Shown here: one piece after another, positions 10,680 to 22,500 of the stretch
How positions within the stretch are numbered: position 1 is the first letter of the stretch
Layout: each line of letters begins with the position of its first letter
Assembly (NCBI RefSeq): GCF_009914755.1
Contig: NC_060933.1
DNA from: the human T2T-CHM13v2.0 reference genome, Homo sapiens
Length of the DNA stretch: 64,000 bases
Strand: one strand, 5' to 3'
Position numbers and translations under genes: made by a program
Notes under the pieces: generated by a model
What the model saw: only the letters and a program-made list of their open reading frames with translations
Told to the model about the DNA's origin: nothing
Database searches by the model: none

Positions 10680-11250
10680 ACCAAGGCTGTTTCTCGGACC
10701 AACTATCCCAAAACTAGGACGTGCCGAATAAGTAGAAAGAAGTATTTGTCTTATGTTTTAGTCAGAAGTTTCAGATACCAGGATAAAATCACTTTTGTCA
10801 GACCTGGATAAAATAAAGTCAGGATAGTATGAAGGAGAGATGGCTCATGCTCACATATGGGAGATAAAAACTGCTTTCAGGGACTTTCTAAAAACCCCAC
10901 AAGAAACCTTTTTGCATCCTTCATGCATCTCCTGTTTTGACAAGGTTTATCACTAGATATTCTTTAGTACTGCAGTAATTCAGATAAGATATCTCAGAAC
11001 ACTCGCCCAGTAATGACATCTCCACCAGTGAACTGACAACAGCTCTCTGGAACCAATGAATTCTATTTCTAAGCTACTTCTATAAAACTCTCTGTTTTTG
11101 CTAATGAAAGCTTCCCTTTGCCCTTCTCTCACAGATACATTAGTGGTTTACCATGCCATGCATTCCAGTTATAATAATTGATTCTTACCCCTGAGTAAAC
11201 TCAATATACCATAGAAATAAATTTTCTCTAGTGTCTTTTTTTAGGTTGAC
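10680..11250 (+). mobile_element. ERV1 solo LTR (MER34/MER39-group-like)
   Basis: Ends ...TTTTTTAGGTTGACA, a typical terminus of this group. The 5' boundary is approximate. Confidence 0.55.
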
Positions 11251-11254
11251 AACA

Positions 11255-11733
11255 GAGATGTATAGTAAGATATTTATGAGAAATTGGCTCACGTGCTTAT
11301 GGAGTTTGAGAAGTCTCACCATCTGCTTTCTGTAAGCTGCAGGCCCAGGAAAACTGATGGTCTGGTTGTAGTCCAGACTCAAAACTCTCATAACCTGGGG
11401 AGTCAATGATGTAAGTCTCCATCTGAGTCAGAAGCTGGAGAACCAGTAGCACCAATGTCTGAGGGCAGGAGAAGGTGCAGGTGAGAGCAGGAGCTGGTGT
11501 CTCAGCTCAGGGAGAGAGCAGATTTTTCCTTCCTCCATCTTTTTGTTCTCTTCAGGATCTCAACAGATTGGATGGTGCCCACACGTATTGCTGAGGGTGA
11601 TCTTGACTCAGTCTACCTAAACGTTAATATCTTCCAGGAACACCCTCATAGATGCACCCAAAAATAATGTCCTACTAGTTTATCTGGTCATCCGTTGGCC
11701 CAGCCAAGTTGATACATAAAATTAACCATCACA
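11255..11733 (-). mobile_element. MLT2 (ERVL) LTR
   Basis: gaaattggctcacgtg...gagaagtc...acataaaattaaccatcaca terminus. Confidence 0.8.
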
Positions 11734-12034
11734 ACCTAGCATTCCAACCTCATTCTTTCATCCAGCAATACTATCAAAGGTGATAGACTCTCCTACATCT
11801 GTTCCATTCCATTAACCCTAAAACCCCAACAGAAGTCTCCATAACTATGATACTGAGTTAGAAGGCAACAGCCTGTGACTTACTGGGCTGTGTCCTTTGG
11901 TGCCAATTTGTGCTGTAACCATATCAAGTCATCTGATGCTCAGAAAGAATGCTTTAGGCATACCTCAACTCAAAGTTCAGTTCTGAACATGGGATAAAGC
12001 AAGATGAATTAACATAGATTGTAAGAGCACTTCT

Positions 12035-12305
12035 TTTGAGAGGCCAAGGCAGGCAGATCACGAGATCAGAAGATCGAGACCATCCTGGCTAACACGGTGA
12101 AACCCTGTCTCTACTAAAAACACAAAAAATTAGCTGGGTGTGGTGGCGGGCGCCTGTAGTCCCAGCTACTCAGGAGGCCGAAGCAGGAGAATGGCATGAA
12201 CCCAGGAGGCGGAGGTTGCAGTGAGCCGAGATCACACCGCTGCACTCCAGCCTGGGCGACAGAGAGAGACTCCGTCTCAAAAAAAAAAAAAGAAAGAAAA
12301 GAAAA
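12035..12305 (+). mobile_element. 5'-truncated AluY-like element
   Basis: Alu body beginning at ttttgagaggcc, with an A-rich tail. Confidence 0.9.
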
Positions 12306-12320
12306 TGAGGCTTTAGCCCC

Positions 12321-12763
12321 GACATTTATTCTTTTTTTTTTTTTAATCATACTTTAAGTTTTAGGGTACATGTGCACATTGTGCAGGTTAGTTACATATG
12401 TATACATGTGCCATGCTGGTGCGCTGCACCCACTAACCCGTCATCTAGCATTAGGTATATCTCCCGATGCTATCCCTCCCCCCTCCCCCCACCCCACAAC
12501 AGTCCCCAGAGTGTGATATTCCCCTTCCTGTGTCCATGTGATCTCATTGTTCAATTCCCACCTATGAGTGAGAATATGCGGTGTTTGGTTTTTTGTTCTT
12601 GCGATAGTTTACTGAAAATGATGATTTCCAATTTCATCCATGTCCCTACAAAGGACATGAACTCATCATTTTTTATGGCTGCATAGTATTCCATGGTGTA
12701 TATGTGCCTGAAAGGTCGGGTTACTCTCAAAGGGTAGCCCATCAGACTAGACATTTATTCTTT
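12321..12763 (-). mobile_element. Young L1 (L1HS non-Ta/L1PA2-like), 5'-truncated with an inverted 40-bp ORF1 segment; 14-bp TSD
   Basis: TSD GACATTTATTCTTT at 12321-12334 and 12750-12763. Antisense L1 3' end to 12708. Sense ORF1 piece GAAAGGTCGGGTTACTCTCAAAGGGTAGCCCATCAGACTA at 12710-12749. Confidence 0.92.
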
Positions 12764-12908
12764 CATCTCATTTGCTGAGAATGCACGAAGTCCCAGGTCC
12801 TGTCCTAGGTGCTGACATCAAACAGTGAACAAGCAAAAGTCCCTGCATCCATGAGGTTTCCATTCAAGTGAAGGAGTCAGGCAATAAATAAATAAATATG
12901 TACAAAAT

Positions 12909-13342
12909 TGTGACAATTTTATGTATTAACCTGACTGGGCCACAGGATGCTCAGATATCTGGTTAAACATTATTTCTGGCTGTGTCTGTGAGGGTGTTTC
13001 CGAAAGAGATTTGTATTTAAATTGGCAGACCGAGTAAAGCAGATGGCCTCCCCAATAGTGAGCGGACATCTTCAAACCCATTCAGGGCTGAAAGTGAACA
13101 AAAAGGTCGAGGAAGCCTGAATTCTCTCGCTGCCTGATTGCTTAAGCTCAGACATTGTCCTTCCACTGCCCTCAGACTGGGACTTATCATCCCACACCCC
13201 TATTTTTTAGGCCTTTGGACTAGGACTAAACTAAGCCACTGGCTTTCCTGGGTCTCCAGCTTGTAGACAGCAGATTGTGGGACTTAGCCTTCATGAGTTC
13301 ATGAGCCAATGCCTTGTAATAAATCTCATTTTACACACACAT

Positions 13343-13382
<40 letters not shown>

Positions 13383-13415
13383 CCTTATTGGTTCATTTTC
13401 TCTGGAGAAGCCAAA
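12909..13415 (+). mobile_element. MLT2 LTR containing (CA)n at 13333-13381
   Basis: tgtgacaattttatgtattaacctgactgggcc...cagatatctggttaaacattatttctgg...tctctggagaa. Confidence 0.8.
13333..13381. repeat. (CA)n microsatellite (~24 units, one interruption)
   Basis: Direct reading; a second, shorter (CA)n lies at 13621-13639. Confidence 0.95.
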
Positions 13416-14431
13416 TTTAAAAAATAACATCAGACAGTATTAAGTGGGGACAGAAATCCAAATAAAGTGACAGACAGGTCATCATGTGAAATCTGGAGGG
13501 AAAGTATTCCCAGCTGAAGAAACACCAAGTACAAAGGCCCTGAGGTACAGGCAAGAGTGGCATGTCTACTGTTTTGCTACCTTGGTAAAACAAAATAAGA
13601 AAAAACAACAAAAACAAAATCACACACACACACACACACTACAATAATTTGGAATGGAAGAGAAAATATTAGACACCATGAAGGTAACTTTCTACTCTAG
13701 CCAAACCCAAGGCTGTCCAGCTACAATTTACCATACTCTAGAACCATTAAGAGGAGAGAAGAAATTGACTTTTAATACTGGTATCTATTAATTAGTGAGC
13801 ACCTACCATGTACCACAGCGTGAGGCTATTTACATATACAATTGTATATGTACAATACATACGCATATACAATTAGGTCCTTGCGGCCATCAAGTGCCGT
13901 AGGAGTTACAATTTCCATTTCATTCTTGAGAATTCCAGAGCTTGTCCTGTTTCCTAATATCAAATTATATACCCTTTGCTGTTTTCAAGGACATATGCTA
14001 CAGATACATCCTGGCACAATTTGAATTTGGAATAATTATTGTTTTCCTCTTTTATCTAATCTGAGACTAGGCTAAGTGTGACAGAAAGCCATTTCTCTCA
14101 TACTGCTATAATGTTTGCTTGTATTATAAGTTTTCTGTGTTTTAGTGATGTATTAGAGTGCTGTTCTACAGGGATAGTCAATAAATCCACACATAGTGTG
14201 CCATGTGAATCATCATATTGCTTTTTGAAAATCTGTTCTCAAATAGGAGAAAATATAGATATGTGCTAATAATGGTGCATCAATTATTCATTCTTAAAAT
14301 ACACATTAGCTAGGTTTAAAGTTCTATTCTTATGTATAAAATGTCAGAAAGATTAAGAGCTCAGGTTGCAATTCCTGAGAATAACCTCTATTCTAATTTT
14401 CCTACACTAAGAAAAATTTTCTCTTAGTGGT

Positions 14432-14918
14432 TGCATTAGTTTCCTACTCCTGCTGATAAACTACCACAAACTTAATGCATTAAACAAAAATGTATTATCT
14501 TACATTCTGCAAGTTATCAGACCAAAGTAGGTATCACCAGGCTGCAATGAAAGTGTTGGAGGAGCTGCATTTCTTTCTGGAGACTCCAGGGGAGAATGTT
14601 GTCTTCCTGACTTTTCCAGATTCTAGAAGCTGCTCACATTTCTATGGCTCATGGCCCTCTGCCATCTTCAAAGCCAGCAATGGCCAACTGAGTCTTTCTA
14701 ACGTCAACTCCCCCTGACTCTTCCATTTTTCAGGACCCTAGTGATTACATTGGATGCACCTGGGTAACCAAGCTCATTGACCTATTTTAACATTAGTGAT
14801 TAGCTACCTTTACTCCACCTGCAACCTTACTTCCCCTTGGCCATGTCAGGTAACATTCATAGATCCCAGGGCTTAAGGGCATGGGCATCTTTTGGGGGCC
14901 ATTATTTTGTCTACCACA
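14432..14918 (-). mobile_element. MaLR LTR (MLT1C/D-like)
   Basis: tgcattagtttccta...actaccacaaactta...ggggccattattttgtctaccaca. Confidence 0.8.
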
Positions 14919-15842
14919 GTGATTTTCATTCAAATTTATTCAATTAAATTTTGCTTGTCATCATGGCCTGATTAAACAGAGGTATTTTGATGGACTGCTG
15001 TGACTAGAGAGGTGCTATAATCTTCCCCACAAGTTTCCTTTATTTCCAGTATACACAACAGATTTCCATTGATTCTAAGGTAAAAATGCACAATTTGATT
15101 TAATTGCTCAGATTTGAACTGTAGAATGGTAGTCTCTTAAAAAGTTTTTTAAATAGCATAGAATTTGGGAGGGGGTTATGCTTGAAGACTGCAATGTCCA
15201 TATACTTCAGGGTCTCCGAAGAGAATGACTTCACTGCTCATAAATCAGCATCTTTCTATTGATTTAGTATCACTGTGAGTTTGGTAGAGTTGGGCAGCTT
15301 GCTGATAGTTATTTGTTTTCAACTTTGCCGAGTATAACAATTTCTTATCTATTTCAGCGGTTCCCAGCAATGCCTAAAACAGCTTTACAGTTTCTAAGTC
15401 ATGTTTCAATAAAAACAGTCCCAGGGCCCTGAAGTTATAAACTGATTGTAAAAGACAAGCAGTACATGGAAGCAAGAGGAAACATTAACAACAAAAACAA
15501 CAGCAACAAAACCTGCGTCCTTTCTCCTCTCAATCTTCTGTTCTTTTCTCCCCTCTATGGCATTGTCTCCTATCAAATGGGCCATTGTTGTGGTGGCAAG
15601 GTGACCAACTGGTGGCCTAGAAGGCTTCTCGTCCTTTCAGAACCTTTTCACCTTGTGTAGAACCTGGTTGCCTTGATTATCTATGTAGATCTTTGCACAA
15701 TTTATGCATTCATGGGCCATATAGAATTAATGACTGACTAGATGCTTTTGTTTTTGAACAAATGTATTAGTCCTTCCACAGCATCGTGTAGTTGTTTCTG
15801 CTCCTTGGAAATGATCATAGGCTACTTTCAAATTCTCACAGA

Positions 15843-16403
<561 letters not shown>

Positions 16404-17008
16404 AGGGACAGAATTTTAAATGCTTATACATACACATATACCTCTTTATATTTGCCTACACAGAACTAACAAACCTTTGTGAAATGTAACCTACAGGAGA
16501 TATGATCATATCCAATGCTGGACATGATGCAGATGCAATATACAAATCCATGAGGTAGACCCAGGTATTTCAGATCCTGACCTCGATCTCAGGTTTACTT
16601 ATTAGACCACAGACCAAAGACTCCCACTGATGTCCCCACAGATTTCACCACCTATTTCTCTTGTCCCACACAGTCTACTCCAAAGTCACCCTCCTCTAGT
16701 CCTGTAGGGGATATTCACCTGAGATACTTCAGTGACCCTGCTCACCCTGGAAAATCAGGTGACAGGAATCATCAGTTAAGCCTGTGGACAGTGAGCATCT
16801 GTTGGCCTGGATGGTGTGGTGGGTGGAAGGCAGGACCTAATAGGGGCTTTTTATGGTTCCAGCTCCAAACCTCTGATCATGCCAGTCCATGCTGCAGGCT
16901 CCCATTCTATTTACGGTCAGGGCCACACGATTTACACTTACTGTCTCAGGTGCTTCTTATAACACTGTCTCCTCCAATTTTTGATAAGCCAATGCTTTTT
17001 TGATGGCC

Positions 17009-17065
17009 CCCCAAAATGCCTTTATCCTAGGCATTTTGATGTTCCCCAAAATGCCTAGGATAAAG
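17009..17065. repeat. Perfect 19-bp inverted repeat (8-nt loop) plus a 13-bp direct repeat
   Basis: CTTTATCCTAGGCATTTTG (17020-17038), loop ATGTTCCC, CAAAATGCCTAGGATAAAG (17047-17065). CCCCAAAATGCCT at 17009-17021 and 17044-17056. Confidence 0.95.
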
Positions 17066-19228
17066 TAGTACACAGGATATTATTTGACACCTGTTTTAGA
17101 ATATATGGCATAATTCTGTTTCAACCTTTGCAACTGATATTCACACACACAAGATGAACTGATGAGCGTTTGGCCTCTCTCGAAACTACAGCTTGGACAA
17201 CTAGGCTCTTCCTGTGAGAGACTTTAAAACTCCTCCCGTGGTTAACAGCAGCTATGCTTATTAGGGCCAGAATGACTTATCTTCTTTTGATCACTCATGC
17301 TTGGAGCCTCAGCCTTGTCAGGCAAATTGTAGTAGAGCTGCGGGGCTTCCTCTTTTCATAGTAGAGGTTGGAACCCTGCAATCAATTCAGCAACATTTCT
17401 GAGATTTAATTTGCTATGTCTCAAGTGAAATCACTGAATCTATTATTACTACAAAGCATTGTAGTCTAGTCTCGCTTTTCAAATGCATTATAAATGTGAA
17501 CACGGCCATTTAATTCCCATTCTACCTAATATATAATGGTTCTGACTTTTCACTGTTTAGTAGAAACTGATGTCTGTAGTGGTCTCTTCTACAGAAGAGT
17601 CTTCATAGTGACTTTAGTTCTCAGATTTCTGGGAAATGCCATGAAAAGACTTCTGAATATGCCACATTATCTTCTTCCTTGGATTTGATGCATTCTATAA
17701 AAGATAATTTTTCATATCCTTATAAAACAAGGATTATATATATTATATTCAAATTCATAGCTTTTAGATGTATTATCCAGCAGAAATATATAAAATAACC
17801 ACCTCTGTCTATAATCAGAATGGTAGGAGCATAATTGATATTTTCTCTAGGTGAAAAATTTCCTGAGAGCACGCCTTTGGAACACTGGCACTGCTAATGC
17901 TGTTTGTAGTGGTCGGTCCTTCCCATTAGCTTGTTTTTCCCCTTAATTTATCTTCTCACTCAACCAATTTACATATTTGCAATCTCTATAAATAACTGAG
18001 CAGTAGCAATTTTATCAAATTTTTTAATTTAAAAAAGCTTTCACCTCTGTCAGCTTACTTACACTACTGCAGGCTTTTCTAATTCTTGCCCTGTTTTGTA
18101 GAAAAATGCATTTAGGCAAAATACCTTTAATCTTCTGATTAGTCATACATTGAATACGCTCAAAAACAAAAGGTAGTGAGACGAAGCATCCTGAAACAGG
18201 GTAATTTTCAAAAGTAGAAGAGAAAGCTGCACTTCCTAGACTTTTGTATTATTAGACTATCTCACAGTCTCACCTCCACACAGCAGTGAACAAACTACAT
18301 TATTGCTTTTAACAAAGAAATGGACTTCTTAAGAGACTTCCAAGAATTTTTTCCTTTGTTAGTGGAAACTCACAGTCAAAATATGAATTAACTTACTCCA
18401 TTAAATCAAATGACTTGAGTTAATAGGATGACTGAGTCTAGAGGAAAAACAGAAAAAATAAGCATAACAGTATTATTATTATTATGTTATCAATAATGGG
18501 AAAGGATTATTGTCATTCCTGTAGGGTAAAAAATGGCTACATAAATAATAAAGAAGAATTCTTAATTCACGTGAAATTGTAATTAATAATATGCACATGA
18601 TTTTTCTTTTTAGTATTATTTGCACTGGAAGAAGAAATGGCTATCCCAACAATAAATTCTAATTATATAATTCATCAAAATATCAATGGGATTGTTGTGG
18701 TTCATATAGATTTGGATTATAACTTTTAAAAATGTAATGAAGTTACTATGCTTGTACTATGTTTCAGACACTGCGCAATGAATAAAACATTCCCTCTAAA
18801 CTCAAGATACATACAGAATTGTGGATTTAATAAGCAGCACAGTGGAATTAAAATATACAAAAGGAAAAGGAACCAACACACATGTGGGAAATCAAGTATT
18901 GAAATTTAGTTGATTTTTCTTATCTCTGTACTTTTGTAAACCCGCAACACCTAGCGCAGCATTAAGTCGGCCTTAGGTAGTGAGCTCTCCCTCCCTTATT
19001 CCAGATGCCACTCTCTCCAAATGGGGAAAAGCTTTCCACTTACAGAAGGACCAGTCTTGAGTCAGGAGTAGCCATGCACTCCTGTGAGAATCACCAACTA
19101 GATGCAAATACGTATTGACTAACTTGGGATGCCATATGAGGTAAGTGAAATTAGATGCCTGTTGTGGAAGCCCAACTCACAATTTTTATTCATGTGGCCC
19201 TGAGGAAATCATTAAGCCTCAGTATCTC

Positions 19229-19533
19229 TTTTTTTTTTTTTTTTTTTTTGAGACGGAGTCTCGCTCTGTCACCCAGGCTGGAGTGCAGTGGTATGATCTC
19301 GACTCACTGCAAGCTCCGCCTCCCGGGTTCACGCCATTCTCCTGCCTCAAGCCTCCCGAGTAGCTGGGACTACAGGTGCCCGCCACTATACCCGGCTAAT
19401 TTCTTTTTGTATTTTAGTAGAGACAGGGTTTCACCATGTTAGCCAAGATGGTCTTGATCTCCTGACCTCGTGATCCGCCCGCCTGGGCCTCCCAAAGTGC
19501 TGGGATTACAGGCGTGAGCCACCACACCCGGCC
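19229..19533 (-). mobile_element. AluY at the tail of the adjacent L1
   Basis: Y-type diagnostics (gcaagctccgcctcccgggttcacgccattc). Confidence 0.95.
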
Positions 19534-22500
19534 TTTTAACTTTATTTTAGGTTCAGGGGTACATGTGTAGGTTTGGTATATAGGGTTTGGCATGTCATGG
19601 TGTATTGCTGTACAGATTATTTCATCACTCAGGTACTGAGCCTAGTACCCAATAGCTGTTTTTCCTGATTCTCTCCCTCCTCCCACCCTCCACCCTCAAG
19701 TATGACCCAGTGTCTGTTCCCCACTATGTGTCCATGTGTTCTCATCATTTAGCTCCCACTTTTAAGTGAGAACATGTGGATTTGGTTTTCTGTTCCTGTG
19801 TTACTTTGCTAAGGATAATGGCCTCCAGCCCCATCCATGTACCTGCAAAGAATGTGATCACATTCTTTTTTATGGTTGCATAGTATTCCGTGATGCATAT
19901 GTACCATGTTTTCTTTATCCAGTCTATCACTGATGGGTATTTAGGTTGATTCCATGTCTTTGCTATTGTGAATAGTGCTGCAAAGAACATATGTGTGCAT
20001 GGGTCTTTATGATATAATGAATCATATTCACTTTGGTATATACCCAGGAATGGGATTGCTGGGTTAGATGGTTGTTCTGTTTTTAGCCCTTTGAGGTATC
20101 ACCACACTGCTTTCCACACTGGTTAAAAGAACTTACACTGCCACCAACAGTGTGTAAGTGGCTCTCAGCGTGGCTGTTGTTGGTTTATAAGAATGCTAGT
20201 GATTTTTTGTACATTGATTTTGTATCCTGAAACATTGCTGAAGTTGTTTATCAGATTAAGGAGCTTTGTGGCAAAAACTATGGGGTTTTCTAGATACAGA
20301 ATCATGTCATCTGCAAACAGGGATAGCTTGACCTCCTCTCTTCCTATTGGATACCCTTTATTACTTTATCTTGCCTAATTGCCCGGTCCAGGACTTCCAA
20401 TACTATGTTGAATAGGAATGGTGAGAGAGGGCATGCTTGTCTTGTACCAGTTTTCAAGGGTAATGCTTCCAGCTTTTGCCCATTCAGTATGATGTTGTCT
20501 GTGTGGGTTTGTCATAGATGGCTCTTATTATTTTGAGGTATGTTCCTTCAATACCTAATTTACTGAGAGTTCTTAACATGAAAGGATATTGAATTTTATT
20601 TGAAAGCCCTTTCTACATCTATTGAGACAATCATGGTTTTTGTCTTTAGTTCTGTTTATGTGATGAATCACATTTATTGATCTGTGTATGTTGAATCAGC
20701 CTTGAATCTCAGGGATAAAGCCTACTCAATTATGGTGGATTAGCTTTTTAATGTGGTGCTGGAATTGGTTTGCTAGTATTTTGTGGATAATTTTTGTATC
20801 AAAGTTCATCAAGAATACTGGCCTGAAGTTTTCTTTTTTGTTGTGGCTTTGCCAGGTTTTAGTATCAGCATGATGCTGGCCTCATAGAATGAATTGGAAA
20901 GGAGTCCCTCCTCCTCAATTTTTTGGAATAGTTTCAGTAGAAATAATACCAGTTCTCTGTATATCTGGCAGAATTCAGCTATGAATCTGTCTGGTCCCAG
21001 GCTGTTTTTGGTTGGTAGGTTATTTATTACTGACTCAGTTTCAAAGTTCATTATTGATCTACTCAGGGATACAATTTCTTCCTGGTTCAGTCTTGGGGAG
21101 GATGTATGTGTCAAGAAATGTATCAATTTGTTCTGGATTTTCTAGTTTGTGTGCACAGAGGCAGTCATAGTAGTCTCTGATGGTAATTTGTATTTCTGTG
21201 GGGCCAGTGGTAACATCCCCTTTGTTGTTTCTAAATGTGTTTGTTTGGGTCTCTCTCTTTTCTTCTTTATTAGTCTGGCTAGCACTCTATCTATTTTATT
21301 TACTTTTTCAAAAAACCAGCTCCTGCCTTCATTGATCTTTTGAATGGTTTTTTTGTGTCCCATTCTTCAGTTCAGCTCTGATTTTGGTTATTTCTTGTCT
21401 TCTTCTAGTTTTAGGGTTGGTTTGCTCTTGCTTCTCTAGTTATTTTAGTTGTGATGTTAGGTTGTTAATTTGAGATCTTTCTAACGTTTTGATGTAAGTG
21501 TTTAGCGCTATAAATTTCCTTGTTAACACTGCCTTAGCTGTGTCCCAGAGATTCTGGTATGTTGTATCTCAGTTCTTATTAGTTTTAATGAACTTCTTGA
21601 TTTCTTCCTTAATTTTACTATATACCCAAAAGTCATTCAGGAGCAGGTTGCTTAATTGCCATATAATTGTATGGTTTCGAGTAATTTTCTTAGTCATGAA
21701 TTCTATTTTTAATGCACTGTGGTCTGAGAGACTGGTTAATATGATTCTGATTCTTTTGCATTTGCTGAGGAGTGTTTTGTGTTCAACTGTGTGGTCAATT
21801 TTAGAATACGTGCCATGCGGTGATAAGAATGCATATTCTATTATTCTTGAGTGGAGACTTTTGTGTATGTCTATCAAGTCTATTTGGTTCAGTGTTAGTT
21901 CAGGTCCTGAATATCTTTGTCAATTTTCTGCTTCAATGATCTAATACTGTCAGTGGAATGTTTCCTTCTCCCATTATTACTGTGTGGTATTCTAAGTCTC
22001 TTTGAACATCTCTGAGAACATGCTTCATGAATATGGATGCTCCTTAGTTGGGTGCATATATGTTTAAGTTAGTTAGATCTTCTTGTTGAATTGAACCATT
22101 TACCATTATGTAATGCCCTTTTTTGTCTTTTTTGATCTTTGTTGGTTTAAAGTCTGTTTTGCCTGAAAGTAGGATTTTTACTCCTGCTTTTTCTCTTTTC
22201 CATTTGCTTGGTAGATTTTCCTCCATTCCTCTATTTTGAGTCTATAAGTGTCATTGCATGTGAGATGGGTCTCTTGAAGACAGCATACCATTGAGTCTTG
22301 CTTCTTTATCCAGCTTGCCACATTGCATCTCTTAATGGGGCATTTAGCCCATTTACATTCAAGTTTAACATTGATATGTGTGAATTTGATTCTGTCATGT
22401 CATTAGCTGGTTCTTATGCAGACTTCTTTGTGTGGTTGCTTTATCAAATCACTGGTCTGTGTACTTATGTGTGTTTTTGTAGTGGCTGGTGATGATATTT

